The position numbers and the translations under genes were made by a program. A stretch of 64,000 nt of DNA from Eledone cirrhosa (Eukaryota), in contig OZ024741.1 of NCBI GenBank assembly GCA_964016885.1, positions 210,180,001 through 210,244,000 on the forward strand, read 5' to 3'. Positions 27,156-40,010 of this stretch are shown one piece after another (position 1 is the stretch's first letter; the number at the start of each line of letters is the position of its first letter). The notes beneath the pieces were generated by a model. That model had not been told where the DNA came from and searched no databases. It saw only the letters and a list, made by a program, of their open reading frames with translations.

Positions 27156-27317
27156 TATATACATATTTATATACATACATACACACACACACACATATAT
27201 ATATATTACACATAGTGAGTAATTTATTAATTTATCTTTCATTGAGATGTTTACTATCAGAGACATCTAACTTTATAGAGTTATAAATTAATGTACACAT
27301 ACAGTACATATATACAT

Positions 27318-27365
<48 letters not shown>

Positions 27366-27770
27366 ATGTGTAATATTACGTAGCTTATTAGGACATTCTT
27401 GCGTACAGCATCTATAATATTGTTATTGTTGTTGTTATTCAGGCTACGATTAAACTTGGATGAGTAAGCAGATATATAGACTTTGGAAAAACTAACTTCT
27501 GAAAAAATAAATACAAAAACGGATACGAAAACACCCAACATCCCTCGTATTCTCCCCCCCAAAACCCCACCAAAACTCCCCCCAAAACAATAAAACCAAG
27601 ATCTACAATAACTGAACTATACGAAAAGTGCCAAAAAAGTTGAACAGCAACAACAAGAGCAACAATATTAACATTTTTGTACATGTGTATTAATGCAAGA
27701 AGTAGACTATAATGATAGCCTGTGGCATTGCAAATGTTTAACTGGAAATTTCTATAGTCTCTGTTAATAT

Positions 27771-27841
<71 letters not shown>

Positions 27842-27865
27842 TATATACATATATACATATATGTA

Positions 27866-27911
<46 letters not shown>

Positions 27912-27935
27912 TATATACATATATACATATATGTA

Positions 27936-28014
<79 letters not shown>

Positions 28015-28017
28015 GTA

Positions 28018-28095
<78 letters not shown>

Positions 28096-28125
28096 TACAT
28101 ACATGCATGTGCGTGCGTGTATATG

Positions 28126-28199
<74 letters not shown>

Positions 28200-28333
28200 C
28201 ATATATATGTATATATATATGTATATAAATACATACATATACATATATACGTGTATATATATATATATATATATATACATACATATATATGTCGAAACGG
28301 CTTGAGCTCTGCCGTCGGTGTCATACTTGTTCC

Positions 28334-28373
<40 letters not shown>

Positions 28374-28500
28374 TATGTAGGAGGTGAGTTTTATTGTAGT
28401 ACAATAAAGCAATGCAGATATCGGATAAGAAGCACTCTACAGTTTGTAGGACTGGGGTATGCATAATATAAGATCAAAAGATGGTTAAAGGAGTTCCATG

Positions 28501-28570
28501 TATTTTATTATGCGCATTTCAAAGACAAACATCATCATGCAATAATATTTGTGTTTTCATCAGATAAAAC
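28501..28570 (-). ncRNA. Type I hammerhead ribozyme (family A)
   Basis: Reverse complement of the 28671-28740 motif. Confidence 0.75.
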
Positions 28571-28670
28571 AGGAGAACATGATATGAAGGCTAAAAAACA
28601 CTTGTGGATAGTGTTGATTTAAAACTGCACTATCCACAAGTGTTTTTTAGCCTTCATATCATGTTCTCCT

Positions 28671-28740
28671 GTTTTATCTGATGAAAACACAAATATTATT
28701 GCATGATGATGTTTGTTTTTGAAATGCGCATAATAAAATA
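28671..28740 (+). ncRNA. Type I hammerhead ribozyme (family A)
   Basis: gttttat-CTGATGA-aaacacaaat...tttgttttt-GAAA-tgcgca-TA-ataaaat; palindromic stem III ATGCGCAT; cleavage triplet AUA. Confidence 0.75.
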
Positions 28741-28907
28741 CATGGAACTCCTTTAACCATCTTTTGATCTTATATTATATATATACATATATATATATAC
28801 ACGCAAATGTATATGTATATATACATATACATTTATATATATACATATATCTGTATACACACATATACATGTATGTATGTATGGATTTATCCCTCTCTCT
28901 CTCTCTA

Positions 28908-28956
<49 letters not shown>

Positions 28957-28967
28957 ATATATATATA

Positions 28968-29024
<57 letters not shown>

Positions 29025-29086
29025 CATATATAACGCACAAACACAGACGCACACACACATATATATATATAATACACACACACATA

Positions 29087-29132
<46 letters not shown>

Positions 29133-29269
29133 ACATCACAATCAAAAGATGCCCTGAAACTTCCGAATTAATATTCCATTATACCATTTTCCCATTATTC
29201 CGTTATTCTGTAATTCCGGATTTTAGGTTTTCTACAAACTTCTGTGATAGCCAAAAATAAGGCAATTGT

Positions 29270-29805
29270 AGCTATAGTTGTTGTTGTTGTTGTAGTTATT
29301 ATTGTTTTTTTGTTATTGTTGTTGTTGTTGTGGTTCTTATTGTTGTAGTTATAGTTGTTATTATAGTTGTTTTTATTGTGGTTGTTGTTATTGTTACAGC
29401 TGTTGTTATTGCTGTTGTTGTTTTAGTTATTCTTATAGTTGTTGGTGTTGTCGCTGTTGTAGTTATAGTTGTTGTTGTTGTTGTTGTTGCTGCTGCTGCT
29501 GTGTTGCTGTTAGCGTTGTTGTTTTTGTTGCTGTTGTTGTTGTTGCTGCTGATGATGTTGTTGTTGTTGCTGCTGCTGCTGTTGTTGTTGTTGTTGCTGT
29601 TGGTGTTGGTGCTGTTAGCGTTGTTGTTTTTGTTGCTGTTGTTGCTCTGCTGTTGTAACTGTTGTTGTTGCTGCTGTTGCTGCTGTTGCTGCTGTTGCTG
29701 CTGTTGTTGCTGTTGTTGCTGCTGTTGTTGTTGTTGTTGTTGCTGCTGCTGCTGTTGTTGCTGCTGCTGATGTTGTTGTTGTTGTTGTTGTTGTTGTTGC
29801 AGTCG

Positions 29806-29849
<44 letters not shown>

Positions 29850-31761
29850 GCTGCTGTTGTTGCTGTTGTTGTTGTTGTTGTTGTTGTTGTTGTCGTTGTC
29901 GTTGTTGTTGTTGTTGTTGTTGTTGTTGCTGTCGTTGTTGTTGTTGTAACATTCTCTCCTACAGAAGAGTGCTATTCATTTTTCTCAGACAAAATCAAGG
30001 CCTCTGGTATTTTACGTCGTTCTTACAATACTGTTGTAGTGGTGCTAGTTAATACGGTGTCGTTATAGTCATTGCTGTTGTTGTTGGTGTTGTTGTTGTT
30101 GTAGTAGTGGTGGTAGTACTGTGTCGTTATAGCCATTGCTGTTGTTGTTGTTGTTGTTGTAGTGGTGGTGGTACTGGTGGTAGTGTTGTTGTTGTAGTGG
30201 TGGTACTGGTGGTAGTGTTGTTATTGTAGTGGTAGTACAGGTGGTAGTGTTGTTGTTGTAGTGGTAGTACTGGTGGTAGTGTTGTTGTTGTAGTGGTTGT
30301 TCTGGTTTTGTTTGTGTTGTTGTTGTAGTGGTGGTTCTGGTGTTTTTGTGTTGTTGTTGTAGTGGTGGTACTGGTGGGAGCGTTGTTGTTGCACTGGTGC
30401 TACTGGTGGTAGTGTTGTTGTTGTTGTTGTAGTGGTGGTACTGGTGGTAGTGTTGTTGTTGTAGTGGTGGTACTGGTGGGAACGTTGTTGTTGTGGTGGT
30501 ACTGGTGGTAGTGTTGTTGTTGTTGTTGTAGTGGTGGTACTGGTGGTAGTGTTGTTGTTGTAGTGGTGGTACTGGTGGGAACGTTGTTGTTGTACTGGTG
30601 GTACTGGTGGTAGTGTTGTTGTTGTTGTTGTAGTGGTGGTACTGGTGGTAGTGTTGTTGTTGTTGTAGTGGTGGTACTGGTGGTAGTGTTGTTGTTGTTG
30701 TGGTGGTACTGATGGTAGTGTTGTTGTTGTAGTGGTGGTACTGGTGGGAACGTTGTTGTTGTGGTGGTACTGGTGGTAGTGTTGTTGTTGTTGTTGTAGT
30801 GGTGGTACTGGTGGTAGTGTTGTTGTTGTAGTGGTGGTACTGGTGGGAACGTTGTTGTTGTACTGGTGGTACTGGTGGTAGTGTTGTTGTTGTTGTTGTA
30901 GTGGTGGTACTGGTGGTAGTGTTGTTGTTGTTGTAGTGGTGGTACTGGTGGTAGTGTTGTTGTTGTTGTGGTGGTACTGATGGTAGTGTTGTTGTTGTTG
31001 TACTGGTGGTACTGGTGGTAGTGTTGTTGTTGTTGTGGTGGTACTGGTGCTAGTGTTGTTGTTGTTGTAGTGGTGGTACTGGTGGTAGTATTGTTGTTGT
31101 TGTAGTGGTGGTACTGGTGGTAGTGTTGTAGTTGTGGTACTGGTGGTACTGGTGGTAGTGTTGTTGTTGTGGTGGTACTGGTGGTAGTGTAGTTGTTGTG
31201 GTGGTGGTATTGGTGCTAGTGATGTTGCTGTTGTAGTGGTGGTACTGAAGGTAGTATTGTTGTTGTGGTGGTGGTGGTACTGTTGGTAGTGTTGTTGTTG
31301 TGGTGGTACTGGTGGTTGTGTAGTTGTTGTAGTGGTGGTACTGGTGGTTGTGTTGTTGTTGTAGTGGTGGTACTGGAGGTAGTATTGTTGTTGTAGTGGT
31401 GGTGGTACTAGTGTTGTTTGTGTTGTTGTTGTAGTGGTGGTACTGGTGCTTGTGTTGTTGATATAGTGGTTGTACTGGTGGTAGTATTGTTGTTGTGGTG
31501 GTGGTGGTACTGTTGGTAGTGTTGTTGTGGTGGTGGTGGTACTGTTGGTAGTGTTGTTGTTGTGGTGGTACTGGTGGTTGTGTAGTTGTTGTAGTGGTGG
31601 TACTGGTGGTAGTGTTGTTGTGGTGGTGGTACTGGTGTTGTTTGTGTTGTAGTATTTGATGTTGATATTGTTGCTTTTGTCGATATTTAAATTAAGATAT
31701 AGTAAACAGAATCATCAACAGCAACAGTAGCGGAATTAGTAGTATTAATACAACAATAATG

Positions 31762-31806
<45 letters not shown>

Positions 31807-32125
31807 ACACTAATGGTAGTAGTTGTAATAGTAATGGTAGTAGTAATAATAGTAGTGGGGTGTCGTAATAGTAGTAGTAGTAATACTAGTAGTAGTAGTA
31901 ATAGTAGTGGTAGTCGTAATAGTAGTAGTACTAATAGTAGTAGTAGTAATAGTAGTAGTAGTAGTAATGGTAGTAGTAGTAATGTTAGTAGTAGTAATAG
32001 TTGTGGTAGTGATGGTAGTCGTGGTAGTAATAGTAGTAACAGCAGCAGCAGTAGTAGTAGTAGTAGTAGTAGAAGTAGTAGTAGTAGTAGTAGTAGCAGT
32101 TGTAGTAGTAGTAGTAGTAGCAGTT

Positions 32126-32188
<63 letters not shown>

Positions 32189-32242
32189 GTATTAGTAGTT
32201 GTATTAGTAGTAGTAGTAGTAGCAGCAGTTGTAGCAGCAGTT

Positions 32243-32284
<42 letters not shown>

Positions 32285-32315
32285 ATAGTAGTAGTAGTGG
32301 TAGTAGTAGTTGCTA
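29270..32315. repeat. Low-complexity block: (GTT/GCT)n, a ~30-36-bp gtagtggtggtactggtggtagtgttgttgtt minisatellite (30100-31640) and (AGT)n
   Basis: Direct inspection. Confidence 0.95.
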
Positions 32316-32495
32316 TTGTGGTTTGTTCGAGGGATAAGCATAGCATTATGAAAAAAGCTAATTATGCGAAGAAACGATTTTAGTTGTCATGGCAACAAGT
32401 TTCGAAGATGAAAAATATAGATTATTGAGAGGAAGTTAGGGAGAGGTGGGGTGGGGGAGAGGGAGTAGATAGAGGGAATGTGTGTGTGTCATTTA

Positions 32496-33083
<588 letters not shown>

Positions 33084-33203
33084 TAATAATAATAAATTTG
33101 AAGACTAAAATCCAAAGAGGGCTCGATAAGGATGAATATATATCAAATATAAGAACCGTAGAGCAAATATTTATTAAAATAACAGATTAATAATAATAAT
33201 AAT

Positions 33204-33251
<48 letters not shown>

Positions 33252-33264
33252 TGAAATAAAATGA

Positions 33265-33361
33265 AATGAAATTTCATTTCTCACTCTTAGTATGGCACTT
33301 ACTTAAATGTAAGTATGCATGTATACGTACATACATATATGTATACAGACGTACAGTAGCA

Positions 33362-33449
<88 letters not shown>

Positions 33450-33856
33450 TACATATATATGCATACATGTACACATACATATATGCACGTATCAGTTTAG
33501 CGGACGCTTATTATAACGCCGCTTTGTTCGTTTGTAAACAAACTGAACAGCCTGAATTTATGCCATACGTCACCTTTTTGTTCAACACTGACACAGGAAC
33601 GATGTACTAGTTTCAAGCTTGTTAGCTATCATCAGCACCGTTTACCCATCTGCCAGATAGTTGAACGTTCGAAAGTATATACTTTCCTTATGAAAATTGA
33701 AAATTGAACAAAAAGGTGACGTGGTTGTTTTAACACCGTATGGCATAAATTCAGGCTGTTCAGTTTGTTTACAAACGAACAAAGCGGCGTTATAATAAGC
33801 GTCCGCTAAACTGATACGTGCATATATGTATGTGTACCTGTATGCATATATATGTA

Positions 33857-33906
<50 letters not shown>

Positions 33907-33952
33907 TGCTACTGTACGTCTGTATACATATCTGTATGTACGTATACATGCA

Positions 33953-33955
<3 letters not shown>
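33265..33955. mobile_element. Diverged minus-strand copy of the 420-bp HHR unit plus an inverted partial copy
   Basis: 33314-33570 is inverted relative to 33737-33955; homologous to the 34311-35428 units. Confidence 0.8.
33599..33641 (-). ncRNA. Minimal type I hammerhead ribozyme
   Basis: Reverse complement reads acggtg-CTGATGA-tagctaacaagctt-GAAAC-ta-GTA-catcgt. Confidence 0.85.
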
Positions 33956-34013
<58 letters not shown>

Positions 34014-34337
34014 ATATATATATATGTTTATATATAATATATAAATATATATATATATGTATATATATAATATATATATATATGTATATATATAATATAT
34101 AAATATATAATATATAATATATAATATATATATTATATATAAATATATAATATATTATATATAAATATAAGTATGTACACCTACATACATATATGTATAC
34201 AGACGTACAGTAGTATGTATATATATATACATACATGCACACATATATATATATATGCACGTATGGATTCACCGAACATTTATTATAATGCTCGGTGTGT
34301 TTGTAAACAAACGTTCAACAATCTGGAAGAAAGGTAT

Positions 34338-34380
34338 ACGTTGCTGACGATAGCTAATAAGCTTGAAACTAGTACAGCGT
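34338..34380 (+). ncRNA. Minimal type I hammerhead ribozyme, unit 1
   Basis: acgttg-CTGACGA-tagctaataagctt-GAAAC-ta-GTA-cagcgt. Confidence 0.85.
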
Positions 34381-34685
34381 TCCTTTGTCAGTGTTGAACA
34401 AACGAGCAACGATGGTTGTTAGACACTGCGGCTTAATACGGGATGTTTGTTTACAAACACACCGAGCATTATAAAAAATGTTCGGTGAATCCATACGTGC
34501 ATATATATATATGTGTGCATGTATGTATATATATCTACATACTAACGTACGTCTGTATACATATATGTATGTACGTGTATATACTTATATTTAAGTAACA
34601 GCCGTACTAAGAGTGGGAAATGAAATTTCGTTTCATTTTTTCCTTTTATCGTTTTCGGTGGACCCGGCCGATTAACCCACTCGAT

Positions 34686-34693
34686 ATGCAAAT
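34686..34693 (+). promoter_or_regulatory. Octamer motif ATGCAAAT within the HHR unit (again at 35106-35113)
   Basis: Exact octamer about 70 nt upstream of HHR2 and HHR3; function unproven. Confidence 0.35.
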
Positions 34694-34759
34694 TGGCCTA
34701 CTCAGCCGTTAATATGCATAAGGTAAGTATATACGTTCAACAATCTGGCAGAAAGGTAT

Positions 34760-34802
34760 ACGTTGCTGACGATAGCTAATAAGCTTGAAACTAGTACAGC
34801 GT
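34760..34802 (+). ncRNA. Minimal type I hammerhead ribozyme, unit 2
   Basis: Identical to unit 1. Confidence 0.85.
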
Positions 34803-35179
34803 TCCTTTGTCAGTGTTTAACAAACGAGCAACGATGGTTGCTAGACACTACGGCTTAATACAGGATGTTTGTTTACAAACACACCGAGCCTTATAATAAA
34901 TGTTCGGTGAATCCATACGTGCATATATATATGTGTGCATGTATATATATATATATACATACTACTGTACGTCTGTATACATATATGTATGTACGTTTAC
35001 ATACTTATATTTAAGTAACAGCTGTACTAAGAGTGGGAAATGAAATTTCGTTTCATTTTTTCCGTTTATCGTTTTTGGTGCACCCGGCCGATTAACTCAC
35101 TCGATATGCAAATTGGGCTACTCAGCCGTTAATATGTATAAGGTAAGTATATACGTTCAACAATCTGGCAGAAAGGTAT

Positions 35180-35222
35180 ACGTTGCTGACGATAGCTAAT
35201 AAGCTTGAAACTAGTACAGCGT
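35180..35222 (+). ncRNA. Minimal type I hammerhead ribozyme, unit 3
   Basis: Identical to unit 1. Confidence 0.85.
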
Positions 35223-35425
35223 TCCTTTGTCAGTGTTGAACAAACGAGCAACGATGGTTGCTAGACACTACGGCTTAATACGGGATATTTGTTTACAAAC
35301 ACACTGAGCATTATAATAAATGTTCGGTGAATCCATACGTGCTTATATACATGTGTGCATGTATGTATATATATATACATACTACTGTACGTCTGTATAC
35401 ATATATCTATGTACGTTTACATACT

Positions 35426-35490
<65 letters not shown>

Positions 35491-35528
35491 ATTAAATAAA
35501 TGGAAAACTATATTTATAAAACCATATT

Positions 35529-35594
35529 TATTTCATTATATATATTTCGGGGATATCATATTAACAATATGCTATGCCTTCATCAGACAAAATA
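35529..35594 (-). ncRNA. Type I hammerhead ribozyme (family B)
   Basis: Reverse complement of 37454-37519. Confidence 0.7.
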
Positions 35595-35959
35595 CAATAT
35601 AAACAGTTTTATAGATAAATATATTCGACATACCGTAATGAACATCAACTTCATTTGAAGAGGTTCACTCTAGCAGTGAAAACACAGAGAGAAAGAAAGA
35701 GAGAGAGAAAAGAGGGAAATAAGAAAGAAAGAAAGACAAAACGAAGAAAAGGAAGAAAAAGAAGAAAAAGAAGAAATGCATGGGACAAAATAGAGAGATG
35801 GAAAAATAGATAAAGCGAAGAGCTTCATGTAAAGAGACCGAAAGAGATATATATATATATAGAGAGAGAGAGGAAATAGAGATAGATACATATATAAATA
35901 TAGATATAGAAAAATTAGGTAGTGGGAGGTCATTTTGAGTAAGTGTATCAATGATGCAT

Positions 35960-35994
<35 letters not shown>

Positions 35995-37053
35995 GCTCAA
36001 ATATTAATGTAAGGGAGATATAGAGAGATATAGAGAGATATATAGAGAGAAAAATTTAAAAATAGCCAGACATATTCTTATATAGCCAGACATAAACTTA
36101 TATATTAAATATAGGAACATATGTAGACATTATTGGACATCATAATCTTTTTTTTGCGATATTCCTTGCTAGATGTGATTTGATAGATAATTTTTGGCTT
36201 TGTCTTGTAGTGAACTTGGCAATATATTGTCAATTAACCTTGAAGGGTTGTTCTTTGTGGTTTATTTTTTATTTTCATTTTTTTATTTTCATTTTTATTT
36301 TTATTTTTATTTTTATTTTTATTTTTATTTGTATTTTTATTTTTATTCTTTTAGTATTGTAGTATTCTATAATATTTTTATATTTTTATTTTTTATTTTA
36401 TTTTATTTTTATTTTTAATATTTTTATATGTAAATTTTTTATTTTTTTTTATTTTTAATATTTTTAATATTTTTAATATTTTTATATGTAAAGTTTTAAT
36501 ACGTAATATTTTTAATACGTAGTATTTTTAATATGCAATATTTTTATTATGTAATATTCTTTCGTAATATTCTTTTTTAGTTTTCTATTCTATATTTTTA
36601 TATTTTTATATATTTTTACTTATTATCATTATTATTGTTATCTCTGCTTATAATATAATATATATTTTCGATTAGTATATTGAAATCTGCTCTCTATTTC
36701 TGCTTGATAGATAATCTTGTAGAGTAATCGCAAGAATAATAATACGCTCAAATGTTTATACCACATTGAGAATGTTTTCCGGTAACTTTGAATTTGCGGA
36801 GTGAATCAGTTGGATTCACATAGACATATGAATTTTTTAAAAAACTAAACATAAGATAATGAATTTTCACGCATTGTGAATACTTGTTTCATTCAGGAAT
36901 ACTGATATTTACAATATAGTGTAAGTTTTATAAATACTAATACATTAAAACATAGGGTTTTCTACGCCTCGAATATGTCTGGCTATTTTTAAATTTTTCT
37001 CTCTATATATCTCTCTATATCTCTCTATATCTCCCTTACATTAATATTTGAGC

Positions 37054-37088
<35 letters not shown>

Positions 37089-37453
37089 ATGCATCATTGA
37101 TACACTTACTCAAAATGACCTCCCACTACCTAATTTTTCTATATCTATATTTATATATGTATCTATCTCTATTTCCTCTCTCTCTCTCTATATATATATA
37201 TCTCTTTCGGTCTCTTTACATGAAGCTCTTCGCTTTATCTATTTTTCCATCTCTCTATTTTGTCCCATGCATTTCTTCTTTTTCTTCTTTTTCTTCCTTT
37301 TCTTCGTTTTGTCTTTCTTTCTTTCTTATTTCCCTCTTTTCTCTCTCTCTTTCTTTCTCTCTGTGTTTTCACTGCTAGAGTGAACCTCTTCAAATGAAGT
37401 TGATGTTCATTACGGTATGTCGAATATATTTATCTATAAAACTGTTTATATTG

Positions 37454-37519
37454 TATTTTGTCTGATGAAGGCATAGCATATTGTTAATATGATATCCCCG
37501 AAATATATATAATGAAATA
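37454..37519 (+). ncRNA. Type I hammerhead ribozyme (family B)
   Basis: tattttgt-CTGATGA-aggcatagcatattgttaatatgatatcccc-GAAA-tatata-TA-atgaaata. Confidence 0.7.
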
Positions 37520-37650
37520 AATATGGTTTTATAAATATAGTTTTCCATTTATTTAATATTGTAAATATACTCCAAGTATTTGTCGAGTGCTTTTATATCA
37601 GTTATAAATATTTACTAGTTGTAACCCAACAATTTTAAATATAACTTTAC

Positions 37651-37727
<77 letters not shown>

Positions 37728-37740
37728 CATATATATATAC

Positions 37741-37776
<36 letters not shown>

Positions 37777-38310
37777 TTATATATGTATATATATATATAT
37801 TTATATATGTATATATATAATATATATATATATTTATATATGTATATATATAATATATATATATATTTATATATGTATATATATAATACATATATATATG
37901 TATATATAATATATAATATATAATATATAATATATATATAAATATATAATATATAATATATATAAATATATAATATATAAATATATAATATATAATATAT
38001 AATATATAATATATAAATATATTATATATAATATATTATATATAAATATATATTATATAATATATAAATATATAAATATATAGATAGAGAGATATAGATA
38101 GAGGATAGTTAGATAGAGAGAAATAGAAAGAGAGAGTGAGAGATAGACAGTGTGTGTGTGGTATATATAAATATATATTATGAGATAGAGATAGAGATAG
38201 ATAGATAGAGAGATGGAGAGAGTGGGGGGGGGGGGCGAAAGTGAGAGAGAGAGAGTTGGAGCAGCAGAACAGCGTGGATTCCTTCACCAGACATGATTAA
38301 ATGACTGGAG

Positions 38311-38368
<58 letters not shown>

Positions 38369-38394
38369 CATAATTTAAACAATGTTTAAGTCTT

Positions 38395-38510
38395 CACTCC
38401 AGATACCTCCAGATATAACCAGATATCAATGAAATATCACTAGATATCACCAGATATCTCCAGATATCACAAGATATCACCATATAGCTCCAGACATCTC
38501 TAGATATCTA
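38395..38510. repeat. 10-bp tandem repeat (ccagatatca-like)
   Basis: Direct inspection. Confidence 0.85.
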
Positions 38511-38805
38511 TTCCACAATACTCATTCAGTTTGAATCATGCGATATACCGACCAGATAAAAATATATCGTTAGATAAATATGTGAGATAAACATGTATTG
38601 TTATATATGCTAAATACATGTGATATCTGTGTCTACAAATGTTGCATTTATATATTTCGCATTGGCGAATATGAATATATCGTGTGTCGGAGTTGGGTTT
38701 TTTAAAACATCGACGGTGCTCACCCTTCTCCAGATTTGTCCACTTGACCACTTGACTACAGTTGATATATTCGAGAGAGAGAAAGATATATATATATATA
38801 TATAT

Positions 38806-39626
38806 ATAAATGAAAATAGAAAAATTAATGTGAACAAGAAGCCAACACTATTGTGACTATGACGTCAAGATGGAAAATATTTAACGTAAGATATGGGAAA
38901 ATAATTCAAACTAAATTAAAAAAACGTCAAGACAAAAATTTTATCCACAGATTTTGCGAAATCCAGGGAAAAAACCAATAGAGTCTTAACTCAGAATAAA
39001 TTAAAGTTAAATACTTATCCTTCAATTTGGAAAAACTACAAATGCTCTATATAGTCTTAAAAAGACTATTTCACGAAACTTTTCAGTGGGGTTAGTCACG
39101 GTTGGAGTCGTTCATCAGTAAAGCTGAAACACGATAACCAAAAACACTGCTAAAATATGCCAGAAAGGGAATTTAAAAGCAGGCTAGTACACCTCGTGTG
39201 AAATTATGAAAATTATCACACATGGAGAACAGGGCTAATGACGTCAGACTGAGACGAATGTCTGTTTACAAGAAACAGCAGTCAAAACATTCCGAAAAAA
39301 CTCAAACAAAATGTATGGAGTTCAGCATATAGCAATATTATCGCGTTTTTTAAAAAAAAAAAGACCGGTATTAGTCACAAATAATTTTAAGCACTCCAGG
39401 AAAAATTACGAGTATAAATATAAATGAAAATAGAGAAATTAATGTGAGCAAGAAGCCAACAGTATTTCATAATATATAAGTGACTATAACGTCAAGATGG
39501 AAAATATTTAACGTAAGATATGGGAAAATAATTCAAACTCATTCAAAAAAAAGTCAAGACAAAAATTTAATTCACAGATTCTGTGAAATCCAGGGAAAAA
39601 AACCAATAGAGTCTTAACTCAGAATA
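38806..39626 (-). mobile_element. HHR-bearing unit with ~200-bp direct repeats (pLTR tandem or retrozyme, ~620-bp period)
   Basis: 38806-38998 is repeated at 39420-39626; HHR lies between the repeats; TA flanks. Confidence 0.75.
39044..39124 (-). ncRNA. Type I hammerhead ribozyme with stable 8-bp stem III
   Basis: Reverse complement reads gcttta-CTGATGA-acga...tcgt-GAA-atagtctt-ttt-aagactat-A-tagagc. Confidence 0.8.
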
Positions 39627-39637
39627 TATATATATAT

Positions 39638-39870
39638 CTAGGTTGGGTAAAATTCCCGAGATCCATGGACGAATTCTCTCCAGCGGTCTCTGTCCCTCAT
39701 TATCGCTGCCATGTCCTGCGTCTCCAAGAGACCAGTGTCTGTCCTTAGGGCATCAACATATGTTAACCTTGGCCTTCCTCTTACAGTGTGTTCATGCAGG
39801 GGCTTCCAAGGGGCTCCCACGGGAGCACTGAGTGCAGTGTCATTCTGGATGTCGGTGAGCATGTCCAGCT
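39638..39870 (-). mobile_element. RTE-clade LINE 3' fragment
   Basis: RGRPRLTYVDALRTDTGL...MRDRDRWR. Confidence 0.75.
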
Positions 39871-39979
39871 AACCTCAGTCTCCTCTGTGCTACTCTGAGA
39901 AGAGAGAGAGAGACCAAGTGTAAGAGAGTGGGAGAGAGAAGGGAAGAGAGCGAGAGCCATGGAAAGAGAAGAAGAAAAA

Positions 39980-40010
<31 letters not shown>

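Larger units (their letters stand above)
28377..28777. mobile_element. PLE family A fold-back with two oppositely oriented hammerheads
   Basis: 28465-28612 is inverted relative to 28629-28777; lies in TA tracts. Confidence 0.85.
34311..35428 (+). mobile_element. Tandem array of ~420-bp hammerhead-containing units (retrozyme-like), about 2.6 copies
   Basis: Unit starts at 34311, 34733 and 35153 (periods 422 and 420); no credible ORF; preceded by an inverted partial copy at 34165-34312. Confidence 0.85.
35487..37630. mobile_element. PLE family B with inverted ~590-bp pLTR arms around an AT-rich spacer
   Basis: 35487-36075 is the reverse complement of ~36973-37563 (near-identical 93-aa spurious ORFs on opposite strands); the right arm extends to a tail at 37630; TA flanks. 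Confidence 0.8.

Noticed and set aside
29299-29952. Poly-Q ORF, and mucin-like poly-T ORFs at 17960, 31810 and 61697
   Set aside because: Trinucleotide tracts open in several frames, with no unique domain or supported splice context
36670-36900. Possible PLE N-terminal coding remnant on the minus strand
   Set aside because: Stops in all frames examined and similarity too weak to support
35670-37378. Duplicated 93-aa ORF on opposite strands
   Set aside because: Low-complexity translation of the inverted pLTR arms
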